A stretch of DNA of 44,067 bases from Chloroflexota bacterium (GCA_005883775.1 VBEU01000162.1:1-44067), one strand, 5' to 3'; numbered from the stretch's first letter, positions 1-8,697 are shown. The notes: a model not told the origin generated them from the letters alone. Program-made: numbers and translations.

Positions 1-2
1 AG

Positions 3-482
3 CGGGTTGCGCCAGGCGGTCACGCGTACGGAGTCGACATGACCGACGAGATGCTCGCGGTGGCCCGCGGAAATCAGGAGAAGGCCGCCGTGAGAAACGC
101 GACGTTTCTCAAGGGGACCATCGAGCGGATCCCGCTCCCGGAGGCCAGCGTCGATGTCGTCATCTCCAACTGCGTGATCAACCTGGCCGCGGACAAGCGC
201 GCGGTCCTCCGCGAGGCCTACCGCGTCCTCGCGCCGGGCGGCCGGTTCGCGGTCGCGGACATGGTCGCCCTTGCGGAACTCCCCGCGGAAGTCAAGCGCT
301 CGCTCGATCAGTGGGCCGGCTGCGTCGCGGGGACGATCTCGATCGGCGACTACACCACAGCGCTGCGCGACGCTGGTTTCCGCGACGTCGACGTCGAGAT
401 CACACGCGAGACGCGCCTCGAGGGCGTCGACGGTGCGATCGCGAGCGCATACATCCGCGCGCGAAAGGAGGCCACTCCATGA
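3..482 (+). CDS. Class I SAM-dependent methyltransferase, arsenite-methyltransferase (ArsM)/UbiE-like; 5' end cut by window edge
   Basis: The frame is open from the window edge (..RVAPGGHAYGVDMTDEML..). It contains VDVVISNCVINL and LAPGGRFAVAD motifs typical of ArsM-type methyltransferases. The stop is TGA at 480-482. Confidence 0.75.
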   Translation, partial: RVAPGGHAYGVDMTDEMLAVARGNQEKAAVRNATFLKGTIERIPLPEASVDVVISNCVINLAADKRAVLREAYRVLAPGGRFAVADMVALAELPAEVKRSLDQWAGCVAGTISIGDYTTALRDAGFRDVDVEITRETRLEGVDGAIASAYIRARKEATP

Positions 483-556
483 ACGAGCCCTGCTGCCCCG
501 CTCCCTGCTGCCCTGCCCCGGACTGCTGCCCGCCCGACGAGGCGCCCTGCTGCTAG
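479..556 (+). CDS. 25-aa Cys-rich peptide (MNEPCCPAPCCPAPDCCPPDEAPCC); a free-standing thiol-rich peptide or a detached ArsM C-terminal tail
   Basis: ATG 479 overlaps the upstream stop as ATGA. The peptide has 10 Cys in 25 residues, arranged as four CC pairs. It is the last part of the 311..556 ORF in the track. Confidence 0.35.
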   Translation: MNEPCCPAPCCPAPDCCPPDEAPCC

Positions 557-580
557 CCAACTAGAATCTTTCGCACCCGA

Positions 581-1618
581 GTGCGTGATGTGATCGGGCA
601 GCGTCGCCTGCTCGCTCGTCTGGGCGAGAAAGCGCTCGAGGGCGACGTGGCCCATGCGTATGAGCTCAGCGGCCCGCGGTCGATCGGCAAGCGAACGGTG
701 GCCATCCGGCTGGCGCAGACCCTTTTCTGCACCAGCGAGCCACGCGCCGCCGGTGGCTGCGGGATCTGCCTTGCTTGCCGCAAGGTCGAGCATCTCACCC
801 ATCCCGACATCCGGCTGGTCACACGGCTGATCGACCTCGAGAAAGACTCCGACAAGAAGCTCATCGCGATCGAGCAGATCCGGGAGATGCAGCAGGACCT
901 CGCGCTCCGCCCGCTGGAGGGGAACTGGCGGGTGGTCATCATCGACGACGCGGCGGATCTCTCCGAGCACGCGGAGGTCGCGCTTCTCAAGACGCTCGAG
1001 GAGCCCCCGATCCACTCCGTCCTCCTCCTGTTGACCCCGACCCCGGCGCGCCTGCTCGAGACGATCCGCTCCCGGTTGGTGCCGCTCCCGATGCGACTCG
1101 TGCCGACCGCGGATATCGCCGACGGTCTGAGCAAGCGGTTCGGCACCGATGCGCGTCGTCACGCTGCCGCGGGCGCGGGCCGGCCAGGTCTGGCGATCGC
1201 GCTCGCGAACGACGAGGCCGCACGAAAGGCGCGCCGAACCCTTGAGGCCGAGTTCTACAAGCTCGTCGGGAGCGGTCTCACCGACCGCTTCGCGTGGGCG
1301 GTCGATCTGGCAGAGTCCGAGCGCGACCCGCAGAAGCGCAACGACGTCATCCAGTCACGCCTCGTCGGATGGAGCGAGCTGGCGCGCGATGCCGCCGTCG
1401 CGGCGCACGGCGCTGAGGGAGCGCTGCGTCCGGACCGCGCGCGCGAGTCGGCCGCACTCGCGAAGGCGGTCGGGCAGCGCGAGCTCGTGGACCTCGCGCT
1501 CTCGCTCGATCGGTGGAGGCGTGACGTCATCGAGTCGAACGTGAACGCGCGGATGTTGCTCGAGCTTCTCGCGTTACGGCTTCCTTACGCCGCCGCGTTC
1601 GCCGGAGGGGCTGCATGA
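581..1618 (+). CDS. holB: DNA polymerase III subunit delta' (clamp-loader AAA+)
   Basis: GTG start. The N-terminus GQRRLL..HAYELSGPRSIGKRT, the Zn-module-like CGICLACRKVEHLTHPD, and the IIDDAADLS Walker B / LLKTLEEPP motifs are characteristic of HolB. The stop overlaps the next gene. Confidence 0.85.
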   Translation: MRDVIGQRRLLARLGEKALEGDVAHAYELSGPRSIGKRTVAIRLAQTLFCTSEPRAAGGCGICLACRKVEHLTHPDIRLVTRLIDLEKDSDKKLIAIEQIREMQQDLALRPLEGNWRVVIIDDAADLSEHAEVALLKTLEEPPIHSVLLLLTPTPARLLETIRSRLVPLPMRLVPTADIADGLSKRFGTDARRHAAAGAGRPGLAIALANDEAARKARRTLEAEFYKLVGSGLTDRFAWAVDLAESERDPQKRNDVIQSRLVGWSELARDAAVAAHGAEGALRPDRARESAALAKAVGQRELVDLALSLDRWRRDVIESNVNARMLLELLALRLPYAAAFAGGAA

Positions 1619-2613
1619 TCACGCCGCGGACGGTGATCGGCGCACGGTTCATGAAGGCCGGCCGGATGTATTTCTTCGAGACGCGCGGCGTCGACGACGT
1701 CGACCTGAACGACTTCGTCATCGTGCACACGGAGCTCGGGGAGGACGCCGCCCGCGTCGCGATCCTGCCGACGGACTCGCCTCTCGTGATGGTCGACCCG
1801 CCGCTCGGGAACGTCGTCCGCAAAGCCACCGGCGCGGATCTCTTCGCGCTGAACAAGCACAAGCGGATGGAGGAGGACGCGACGAGAGCCGCCGCCGAAA
1901 TGGCTCGCGCGCGAAACCTTCGGGTGAAGATCCTTGGGGCGGACTGGCAATTCGATGGGTCGAGCCTCGTCTTCTTCTTCTCGAGCGATGAGCGGCCCGA
2001 CCTCAGCGAGCTCAACGCGGCATTGGCTGCGCACTTCGGCACGCGCATCGAGTTCCGGCGGATGGGCGCGCGCGACGAGACAAAGGTGATGACCGGCGTG
2101 GGCACATGCGGCCGTGAGCTGTGCTGTTCCTCGTGGCTCGACAAGTTCTCGAACATCTCGATACGGATGGCCAAGGAACAAGATCTGCCCCTGAATCAGT
2201 CGAAGCTGACCGGCGTGTGCGGGCGGCTCAAGTGCTGCCTGATCTACGAGCTCGAGACCTACCAGGAGGTGAAGGGCAAGCTGCCCAAGCTCGGCGACAC
2301 CTTCCACATCCCCTCCTGCGTGAGCGGCTCGTGCGGGACCTCCGGCTGCGCCACGACGCAAGGGGTCAACGTGGTGAAGGAATCCATCGTCGTCGGGATG
2401 GTCGACGGGACGCGCAAGGAGCTCACCGCGACGGAGCTTGGCGTCACGTTCACGGCGATACCGGCGCACACGAAGGGCGTCGGGAGCTACGGCAGCGACG
2501 AGGTCCCGCGTCAGGAGCGCCCAACGCCGATAACGGAGACCGGCGACGGCCAACGCAAGCGCCGTCGTCGTCGCGGAAAGCGTCGCGGCGGCAGGGGCGC
2601 GCCGCCGAGCTAG
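1615..2613 (+). CDS. ricT: PSP1-domain protein RicT/YaaT with C-terminal extension and poly-basic tail
   Basis: CGRELCCSSWL...CGRLKCCLIYE is the PSP1 C-terminal signature. The holB-yaaT synteny matches Bacillus. The start overlaps the holB stop as ATGA. Confidence 0.85.
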   Translation: MITPRTVIGARFMKAGRMYFFETRGVDDVDLNDFVIVHTELGEDAARVAILPTDSPLVMVDPPLGNVVRKATGADLFALNKHKRMEEDATRAAAEMARARNLRVKILGADWQFDGSSLVFFFSSDERPDLSELNAALAAHFGTRIEFRRMGARDETKVMTGVGTCGRELCCSSWLDKFSNISIRMAKEQDLPLNQSKLTGVCGRLKCCLIYELETYQEVKGKLPKLGDTFHIPSCVSGSCGTSGCATTQGVNVVKESIVVGMVDGTRKELTATELGVTFTAIPAHTKGVGSYGSDEVPRQERPTPITETGDGQRKRRRRRGKRRGGRGAPPS

Positions 2614-3080
2614 CCCGCGGCCCGCGCCTTTGCCAAGTCGCGCGTGAGCTGCGCCTGGCCGGCGTGCTCCGCGGTGTGCGAGATGCTGTGAACAAGCCGG
2701 TCGCGTACGGTCCCGCGAGTCCCCGGCCACCTGCGGAACGGAGGCTCGCGCTCTTCGTCGAGCCGGCCCTCGAGCCCGACGAGCGCGTCATCGATCCGGC
2801 GGCGGACTTCGCTCGCACGAGCGGCGAGGTGTGCCGCCCCGCCCTTCGCTGCGAACTCCGCATCGCGATTGCGCACGACGGTCTTTCCGGCTGCTTCTCC
2901 GACGACGTGCTGCTCCGCCGATCCGAGCGCATGGGTCACGAGCACGAGCAGCGAGTTCGCGCCCGGCGCCGGCGGCTTCCAGTTGACGGCCTCGTCGTCG
3001 AGATCGGCGATCGTCTCGAGGAGACGGTCGAACTCGTAGTCGAAGCGGATCCGAAAAGACTCGATCTCGAGTGAGCTCAT
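2610..3080 (-). CDS. DinB-family (DinB_2-like four-helix bundle) protein
   Basis: The N-terminal FDYEFDRLLETIADLDDEAVNWKP..NSLLVLVTHALGSAEQHV and the C-terminal H..SHTAEHAGQ histidine pattern are typical of the DinB superfamily. Confidence 0.7.
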   Translation of the reverse strand: MSSLEIESFRIRFDYEFDRLLETIADLDDEAVNWKPPAPGANSLLVLVTHALGSAEQHVVGEAAGKTVVRNRDAEFAAKGGAAHLAARASEVRRRIDDALVGLEGRLDEEREPPFRRWPGTRGTVRDRLVHSISHTAEHAGQAQLTRDLAKARAAG

Positions 3081-4060
3081 CAGCGCACGCGGCTCACAAC
3101 GAAGTCCGCGGCCTCGCGCAGAGCGTCGCGCTCCGGTCGATCCGGAAGCCGGTCGAGCGCGCGGAGGGCTGCGTCGTGAAAGGCAAGTGCACGCTGGCGC
3201 GCCCGTTCGGGACCACTCGAGCCACGGATCTCCGCGAGCAGCGCACGCATGTCGCTTTCGGTCTTGGCAGGGGCCAGGATGCGCGCCTCGAGGTCGCCGC
3301 CGGTGCCGTCACGTTCGAGGACGGCGTAGATCATCGGCAAGGTCGGCATCCCCTCGAGGAGATCCTGGCCGACGGCCTTCCCCAGCTCAGCCGCATCGCC
3401 GACGAGATCGAGGACGTCATCGGTGATCTGGAAGGCCATACCGAGGTTTGTCCCAAACGCTCCGAGCGCGGCGACATGATCCGGCTCGGCATCGGCGAGG
3501 AGAGCCGCTCCCTGGCTGCACGCCGCGTAGAGCGACGCGGTCTTCAGCTCGATGCGGTCGAGATACGCGGCCTCGCTGGGAAGGGACCGCGTCGCGGTGA
3601 TCTCGCCGAGCTCGCCATCGCAGAGCGCGAAGACGGTCTGCGCGACGATCGCGATGACCTCGGGCTTCGGTAACACGGCCGCGAGCGCGTAAGCCTTCGC
3701 GAAGAGGTAGTCACCGACGATGAGGGCCACGTCGTCGTTCCACTTCGCGTTCACGGTCTGAATGTTTCGGCGCATCTCGGCACGGTCGACCACATCGTCG
3801 TGCACGAGCGATGCGGTGTGCACGAGCTCGAGCGACTCGGCGAGGTTCAGAACGACGCCGCGGTCTTGACCCGGGCCGAATCGCGACGAGAGGAACACGA
3901 GGGTCGGCCGGAGCAGCTTTCCCGGAGTGGTGAAGAGATGCGCGACGGCATCTCGGAAGACGGGATGCGCGCCGCGGCCGACCTCGAGGAGGCGCCGCTC
4001 GAGCTCGCGCAGCTCGCTCTCGACGGGTGCGTAGAAGGAAGCGCTGGTGACCGCCCTCAC
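3080..4060 (-). CDS. Polyprenyl diphosphate synthase (trans-isoprenyl diphosphate synthase family)
   Basis: First Asp-rich motif is LVHDDVVDRAEMRRN and the second is FQITDDVLD. The 326-aa length is typical. Confidence 0.85.
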   Translation of the reverse strand: MRAVTSASFYAPVESELRELERRLLEVGRGAHPVFRDAVAHLFTTPGKLLRPTLVFLSSRFGPGQDRGVVLNLAESLELVHTASLVHDDVVDRAEMRRNIQTVNAKWNDDVALIVGDYLFAKAYALAAVLPKPEVIAIVAQTVFALCDGELGEITATRSLPSEAAYLDRIELKTASLYAACSQGAALLADAEPDHVAALGAFGTNLGMAFQITDDVLDLVGDAAELGKAVGQDLLEGMPTLPMIYAVLERDGTGGDLEARILAPAKTESDMRALLAEIRGSSGPERARQRALAFHDAALRALDRLPDRPERDALREAADFVVSRVR

Positions 4061-4093
4061 GCGGCCGAGTCTAGGGACGAATCCGCGCTTTGC

Positions 4094-6357
4094 TTAGGGC
4101 TTCCGTGACGGCTTCGGCTGCGGCGTCGGTAGCGGTGGACTCGTCTGTCCCGGCGGCTGCGCCGATGGCGCACCACTCGATCCGGGTGAGGAGGACGGCG
4201 CGATCGGTCTGGGCGCGAACCCGCAGATCTGCCAGCTGAAGCGGCCGTAGCTGTACGCGCCGGAAACCGCGCCCGAGGCCCAGGCGTTGTAATCCCTCTG
4301 CCAGTCGAGGAACGGTGCGCGAAGGTTGATCCCGCACGAGGTGTAGAAGGTGCGGTCGTCGGTCGTCGGCTCGGTGCCCTGCACGTAGTGCTCGGTCCAG
4401 CGGAAGGTCGAAGGGCAGTACGGCCCGGGCAACAGGCCTGAGCCATTGCCGCCGTAAATGGAAGGGTTCACGCAAACGACCTTGTCGACGATCCCGTCCG
4501 GCCGCGGATACCAATCGGGCGGCAGGCTGGCGACGACGGTCTTCATGTAGTCACGCCAAAGCACGCCTGGACCGAGCGCCGATGAGATGCCGCGCATTTC
4601 CGAGTGGCCGTTCGGCCGATCGTCGTCCACGGACCGAACACGAAGGAGCCCTGCGGGTTGGTGTTGTCCTTCAGGATGTCATCCATGATCCAGGCGTAAC
4701 GCTGGTCGATCACGCGCCGTCCCTCGGGCTTGGAGTAGTCCTTCACGACCTTTCCCGAGGGGTCGACGATCTTCAGGATGAAGGTGGGATCGACACGCAC
4801 GCCCAAGTTCGCGATCGTCTGGTATGCACTCGCCATGTCGATGAGTCGCATCTCGCCCGCGCCGATCCCGAACGAGAGACCGAGCTGCGAGCGATCCCAG
4901 TCCCGGTTGATGCCGAGCTGATGGACCGTGTCGATGATCGCGTCGACGCCGACAAGACGCGTGACCTCGAGCGCGGGGAGGTTCAGGGATTCACGCAGCG
5001 CCTGACGGATGGTGACCGGGCCGTGCTGCTCCTTCGTCGCGTCCTTCGGGCTGTAGCTCTTGCCACTGCCGTCGGGCATGTTGAACTGGATGTCGTAGAG
5101 CTGGGTCGACGCCGTCATCCCCAACTTGAGCATGCCCGTCAGGTAGGTGAAGAGCTTGAATGTCGACCCCGGCTGACGGAAGGCGATGCCGGCGTGGTCG
5201 TAGTCGCCCTGTACCTGAGGGGTGTGCATGTAGTAGTCGTAGCTCCCGACGTACGCGAGGATCTCGCCGGTCGTCGGATCCATCGTGATGAGGGCGGCAT
5301 TGTTGACGTTGTTGCCCTTGAGGGCGTCGACGTGCTGGCGTACCTCTTTCTCGGCAAGCTGCTGCATGTTCCAGTCGAGCGAGGTGTAGACGTCGTACCC
5401 GCCGCGATAGGCCGCTTTCTCGCCGAGGACCTGCACGAGCTGCTCGCGGACCCGGAACGTGAAGTGCGGCGCGTACAGGGACGTCGTCACGGGCTTGACG
5501 ACGATCTCCTCGGCCTTCGCCGCCTCGGCCTCTGCCGCCGTCGCGTAGCCGTTGTCGACCATGGCGTCGAGCACGAGGGCGCGGCGCGCTTTCGCGCCTT
5601 CCATGTTTTGGATCGGGTCGTAGTCCGACGGCGCCTGGGGAAGGCCGGCGAGCAGCGCCATCTGCCCGAGGGTCAGCTGGTTCAGGTCGGTGACGCCGAA
5701 GTACGTGGCCGCGGCCGCCTTCAGTCCATAGGCCTGGTTCCCGTAATAGATCTGGTTGAAGTACATCTCGAGGATCTGGGACTTGCTGAACGTCCGCGTC
5801 GCCTCGACCGCGAGGATCGCTTCTTTGATCTTGCGCGTGAACGTCGGGTCGTCACCGAGGAGGCGCGTCTTGATCAGCTGCTGCGTGATCGTCGAGCCGC
5901 CCTGCGTAATGCGTCCGCTCGCGCTGTTGACCTGGATCGCGCGGATGATGCCACCGACGTCGACGCCGGGGTTGGTCCAAAAGGTCTTGTCCTCGATCGC
6001 GATCGTCGCGTCCTGCATCCGTTTGGGAACGGCATCGATCGAGATCAGATCGCGTCGTTCATCCGAGAGCGTGTAGAGGAGGTGCTGCCCGCTTCGGTCG
6101 TAGATGTGAGTGGTGAGGGGCACCGGCACCGTGGCGAGGTCGCTCGCGGAGGGAAGATCCGAGGCGAAGTAGCCGAACGTCGCGGCCGCGGCGACGCCGA
6201 CGAACGCGAAGCCGGCGAGGAGGACGGCCGTGAGGACGCCCGCGAACGTGCCGACCGGCCGCACCGCGCTGACGCGGCGCGAAAGGCGGCCGCCCGTACG
6301 GGCAGGAAAACGATAGGCACGGTAAGCCCGGCCAGGAGTGATCCCCTTGATGGACAT
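4094..6357 (-). pseudogene. Class A penicillin-binding protein (GT51 transglycosylase + transpeptidase), split into two overlapping frames with the KTG-box region missing
   Basis: ORF 4543..6357 has an N-terminal TM, the GT51 motifs EDKTFWTNPGVD and GGSTITQQL, and the transpeptidase motifs STFK and SLN. It then stops. The conserved C-terminal part (..GISSALGPGVLWRDYMK.. plus a Pro-rich tail) continues in another frame as ORF 4094..4630. No KTG or KSG motif is present in any frame at the junction. Confidence 0.8.
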
Positions 6358-6414
6358 CTGGCTGTTTAACGCACCGGATGCACGGTTCGTGCCATTAGCC
6401 GAGACAGGGGTCGT

Positions 6415-6921
6415 CTAGCGCCGCGCAAAGCGTCCATGCAAGCGAGCGCTGAGAGCTGGCCAGCCCGCCGACGGGCGCGCTTCGAGCGATTCGCGGAGCG
6501 AGCGCTGCGCTTCCCGCGCATCGCCTTCCCACCCCTCGATGAGCGAGCGGTCCTCCGGGCGAAGCGAGTTCGCCGGCCCGCGCCGCTCCATCGCCGACTC
6601 CGCGAGCGACATGCGGTCGTAGAGCTTCGCGACCGCCGCCGCGGCGGGAGCCGCGTGCCGCGCCAGGGTCGCGCTGTACCGGGCGAACTCGCCGTTCTCG
6701 AGCGTGACCGCCTGCTTCGTCTGGTCGAACATCGTGGTGAGCTCGAGGTTTGCGGCGAGCTCGCGGTCGACGGCACTCACCGCGTCCGTCAATTCGCGCC
6801 GCTCCTCAGGATCGGGTACGAGCGGACGCGCGAGCCAGCCGACGACTGCAGCGACGGCGGCCACGATCGCGGCAACGAGATAGGGCACGCTCCCATCGTC
6901 CCACGTCCGCTCTGTATCCAT
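6415..6921 (-). CDS. Hypothetical single-pass membrane protein with helical C-terminal domain
   Basis: The 168-aa ORF has an N-terminal TM (VPYLVAAIVAAVAAVVGWLA). I recognise no family. It is co-directional with the PBP gene downstream. Confidence 0.5.
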   Translation of the reverse strand: MDTERTWDDGSVPYLVAAIVAAVAAVVGWLARPLVPDPEERRELTDAVSAVDRELAANLELTTMFDQTKQAVTLENGEFARYSATLARHAAPAAAAVAKLYDRMSLAESAMERRGPANSLRPEDRSLIEGWEGDAREAQRSLRESLEARPSAGWPALSARLHGRFARR

Positions 6922-6937
6922 CGCGCGGATGCGCTTG

Positions 6938-6952
6938 ATACATCGGATGTAT
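6938..6952. promoter_or_regulatory. AT-rich perfect palindrome ATACATC-G-GATGTAT in the 29-bp divergent gap; candidate operator
   Basis: Read directly: 6938-6944 ATACATC, G at 6945, 6946-6952 GATGTAT. It overlaps ATG 6951 of the ATPase gene and is the only AT-rich patch in this GC-rich region. Confidence 0.3.
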
Positions 6953-8168
6953 GCTGCGGGCGATGCTCCGACCGCGCGACCGCACGCTCGCGACGCCCTA
7001 CTTCCCCGTCGGAGGTCCCGTCCCCGCGGCCGACCTCGTCGGACGCGAGACGTACCTGCGACGGCTCACGGAGCGGCTCGAGGATGGCCAGCACGTCCTC
7101 ATCTCCGGGCCGCGACGCATCGGGAAGACGTCGATCATCATCGAAGCGCTCCGCCGGCTGCGCCGGCACGGCTCGTACACGGCCTACGTCGACTGCCTCG
7201 GTGCGACTGACATACGCGGGCTGGGCGAGCGCCTGGCGGACGCGGTCCTGCAAAACCTTTCGGGGGTCGAGCGGAGCTTCGAGCACGCCAAGGCGATCGC
7301 CGCGGGGATACAACCGACGGTGAAGGTGAAGTACGAGCACGTGGAGCTCGCGTTACAGCTCGCGCGCGAGACGAACGCGCAGCGTTTCTTCGAAGGCGCC
7401 CTTGACCTCGCGCAGGGCCTTGCCAAGCGCTCGGGCAAGCGCGTCGTGGTGGTGCTCGACGAATTCCAGGCCGCGGGACGGCTCGGCCCGCGCGTCTTCG
7501 ACGTCATGCGCACCCGCTTCCAGGCACACCGTGGTGTGAGCTACGCGTTCCTCGGCTCGGAGCAGGGCATCCTCGAGGAGCTCTTCAGCGCGAAGGGGCA
7601 CGCGTTCTACCGCTTCGCCGTGCCGCTCGACCTGACGGATGCGGGCGGTCACCGCTTCGGCATCGATCCCGACGACTGGCTCGAATACCTCCGCGCGAAG
7701 TTCGCCGCGAAAAAAATGACGATCGACGACGCGAGCATCGACCGACTCCTCGATGCGACCGGCGGCCACCCGCAGGACACGATGCAGGTTTGCGCCGCGC
7801 TCTACTACCTGATGCGCGATGCCGGTTCGCGAAGCGTGACGCCGGACCTTCTGGAAGTCGCCTACGAGCAGGCCATGCGCGAGTTGGAGCGGCCGTTCGC
7901 GCTCCATTGGACGGAGCTCGGCTCGCACAAGTACCTGCAGCAGGTCGCGAAACGGATCGGCCATCGCGCCGTGCTGTACGCGGCCGATGCGGAAGGCGGC
8001 GCCGTACCGCGGCCCGAGGTATTGCGCGCGCTTGCCGCTCTCCAGGAGCGCGGACTCGTCACCAGACTGGGGCGCGGCCGCTACGACTTCGTAGAGCCGA
8101 TGTTCGGCGAGTACGTCCGCCGCCTCGATGAGGGTCTCGTGGCGGCGGCTACTCTTCCGACGAGATGA
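6951..8168 (+). CDS. AAA+ ATPase of the 'archaeal ATPase'/ATPase_2-like type with C-terminal winged-helix-like region
   Basis: Walker A is ISGPRRIGKTSII and Walker B is VVVVLDEFQ. The C-terminal ..LQERGLVTRLGRGRYDFVEPMF.. resembles a wHTH. Confidence 0.75.
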   Translation: MLRAMLRPRDRTLATPYFPVGGPVPAADLVGRETYLRRLTERLEDGQHVLISGPRRIGKTSIIIEALRRLRRHGSYTAYVDCLGATDIRGLGERLADAVLQNLSGVERSFEHAKAIAAGIQPTVKVKYEHVELALQLARETNAQRFFEGALDLAQGLAKRSGKRVVVVLDEFQAAGRLGPRVFDVMRTRFQAHRGVSYAFLGSEQGILEELFSAKGHAFYRFAVPLDLTDAGGHRFGIDPDDWLEYLRAKFAAKKMTIDDASIDRLLDATGGHPQDTMQVCAALYYLMRDAGSRSVTPDLLEVAYEQAMRELERPFALHWTELGSHKYLQQVAKRIGHRAVLYAADAEGGAVPRPEVLRALAALQERGLVTRLGRGRYDFVEPMFGEYVRRLDEGLVAAATLPTR

Positions 8169-8353
8169 GTCGCCGGCCTCCCATCGAGCTCCGCGCGGGC
8201 GTCAAAGTGCGATTTGGACCGGACCGCCGCCTCGGCGAGCTGGTGCGCTCGTCGCCGAACGGTGAAGAGTGGCTGGTGAAGGATCGATTCGGGAAGTTCT
8301 GGGTCGCGACGAACCGCCTGATTCTTGAGGATGAAGGGGCTGCGGCGCACTGA
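8165..8353 (+). CDS. Hypothetical 62-aa protein translationally coupled to the AAA+ ATPase
   Basis: ATG 8165 overlaps the ATPase stop as ATGA. Third-position GC is moderately high. I recognise no family. Confidence 0.4.
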   Translation: MSRRPPIELRAGVKVRFGPDRRLGELVRSSPNGEEWLVKDRFGKFWVATNRLILEDEGAAAH

Positions 8354-8394
8354 GCGCCGCGACCCCTACCGCGCGATGTTTCCCGAGCCTCGCG

Positions 8395-8658
8395 TCAGGC
8401 GACTACGCCGCGCCGACCGCCCATGGCACGCCAGATCAAGAGCACGATGATCGCGCCGATGATCGAGCCGATGATGCCCGATGCTGACAGCTCCAGCGTC
8501 CCGCCGAAAATGAGAGCTGCGAGCGTGCCGCCGACGAACGACCCGACGATGCCGAGGATCATGGTGCCGAGCCAACCCATCGGGTCCGGACCGGGCACGA
8601 GCGCGCGCGCGATGAAGCCCGCGATCAGCCCGACGATCACGAAGCCGATAATGCCCAT
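8395..8658 (-). CDS. GlsB/YeaQ/YmgE-family stress-response membrane protein (transglycosylase-associated protein family)
   Basis: The 87-aa protein MGIIGFVIVGLIAGFIARALVPG...GTMILGIVGSFVGG is the classic Gly-rich three-TM signature of this family. Confidence 0.85.
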   Translation of the reverse strand: MGIIGFVIVGLIAGFIARALVPGPDPMGWLGTMILGIVGSFVGGTLAALIFGGTLELSASGIIGSIIGAIIVLLIWRAMGGRRGVVA

Positions 8659-8697
8659 GCAGACACCTCCGTTTTAGTTACAGCCCTGGTGTCTGCA
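8658..8697 (-). promoter_or_regulatory. 10-bp stem / 20-nt loop hairpin in the 5' leader of the GlsB-family gene that occludes its SD and start codon
   Basis: The mRNA reads 5'-U GCAGACACC [20 nt] GGUGUCUGC A-UG. The arms at 8659-8667 and 8688-8696 are perfectly complementary, and 8658:8697 adds a further pair. The GGAGG Shine-Dalgarno (complement of 8666-8670) is half inside the 3' arm. Confidence 0.4.

Noticed and set aside
311-478. Upstream 56 codons of the 81-aa ORF 311..556
   Set aside because: These codons lie fully inside the methyltransferase gene in another frame and are Arg-rich. Only the last 25 codons (from ATG 479) lie outside it and have a distinctive composition.
562-567. TAGAAT hexamers (562-567 upstream of holB; complement of 8826-8831 upstream of the tRNA) as -10 promoter boxes
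   Set aside because: They are attractive in GC-rich DNA, lying 13 nt before the holB GTG and 10 nt before the tRNA 5' end. However, I could not find a convincing -35 element at proper spacing for either, and two hexamer hits are not enough to call promoters.
4582-6369. Long antisense or out-of-frame ORFs in the track: 4582..6369 (+), 17118..18302 (-), 28659..30119 (+), 32180..33520 (-), 34808..36388 (-), 38495..40030 (+), 39210..40508 (-), 22039..23151 (+), 15499..16371 (-)
   Set aside because: Each lies opposite to, or out of frame with, a gene that has strong and continuous family motifs. Their translations are Arg/Asp/Glu/His/Pro-rich low-complexity strings, as expected from stop-poor alternative frames of very GC-rich DNA.
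6358-6414. Small imperfect hairpins (GCACG-AAC-CGTGC) between the hypothetical gene 6415..6921 and the PBP gene as a terminator
   Set aside because: The stem is only 5 bp with no U-tract, which is too weak to call.
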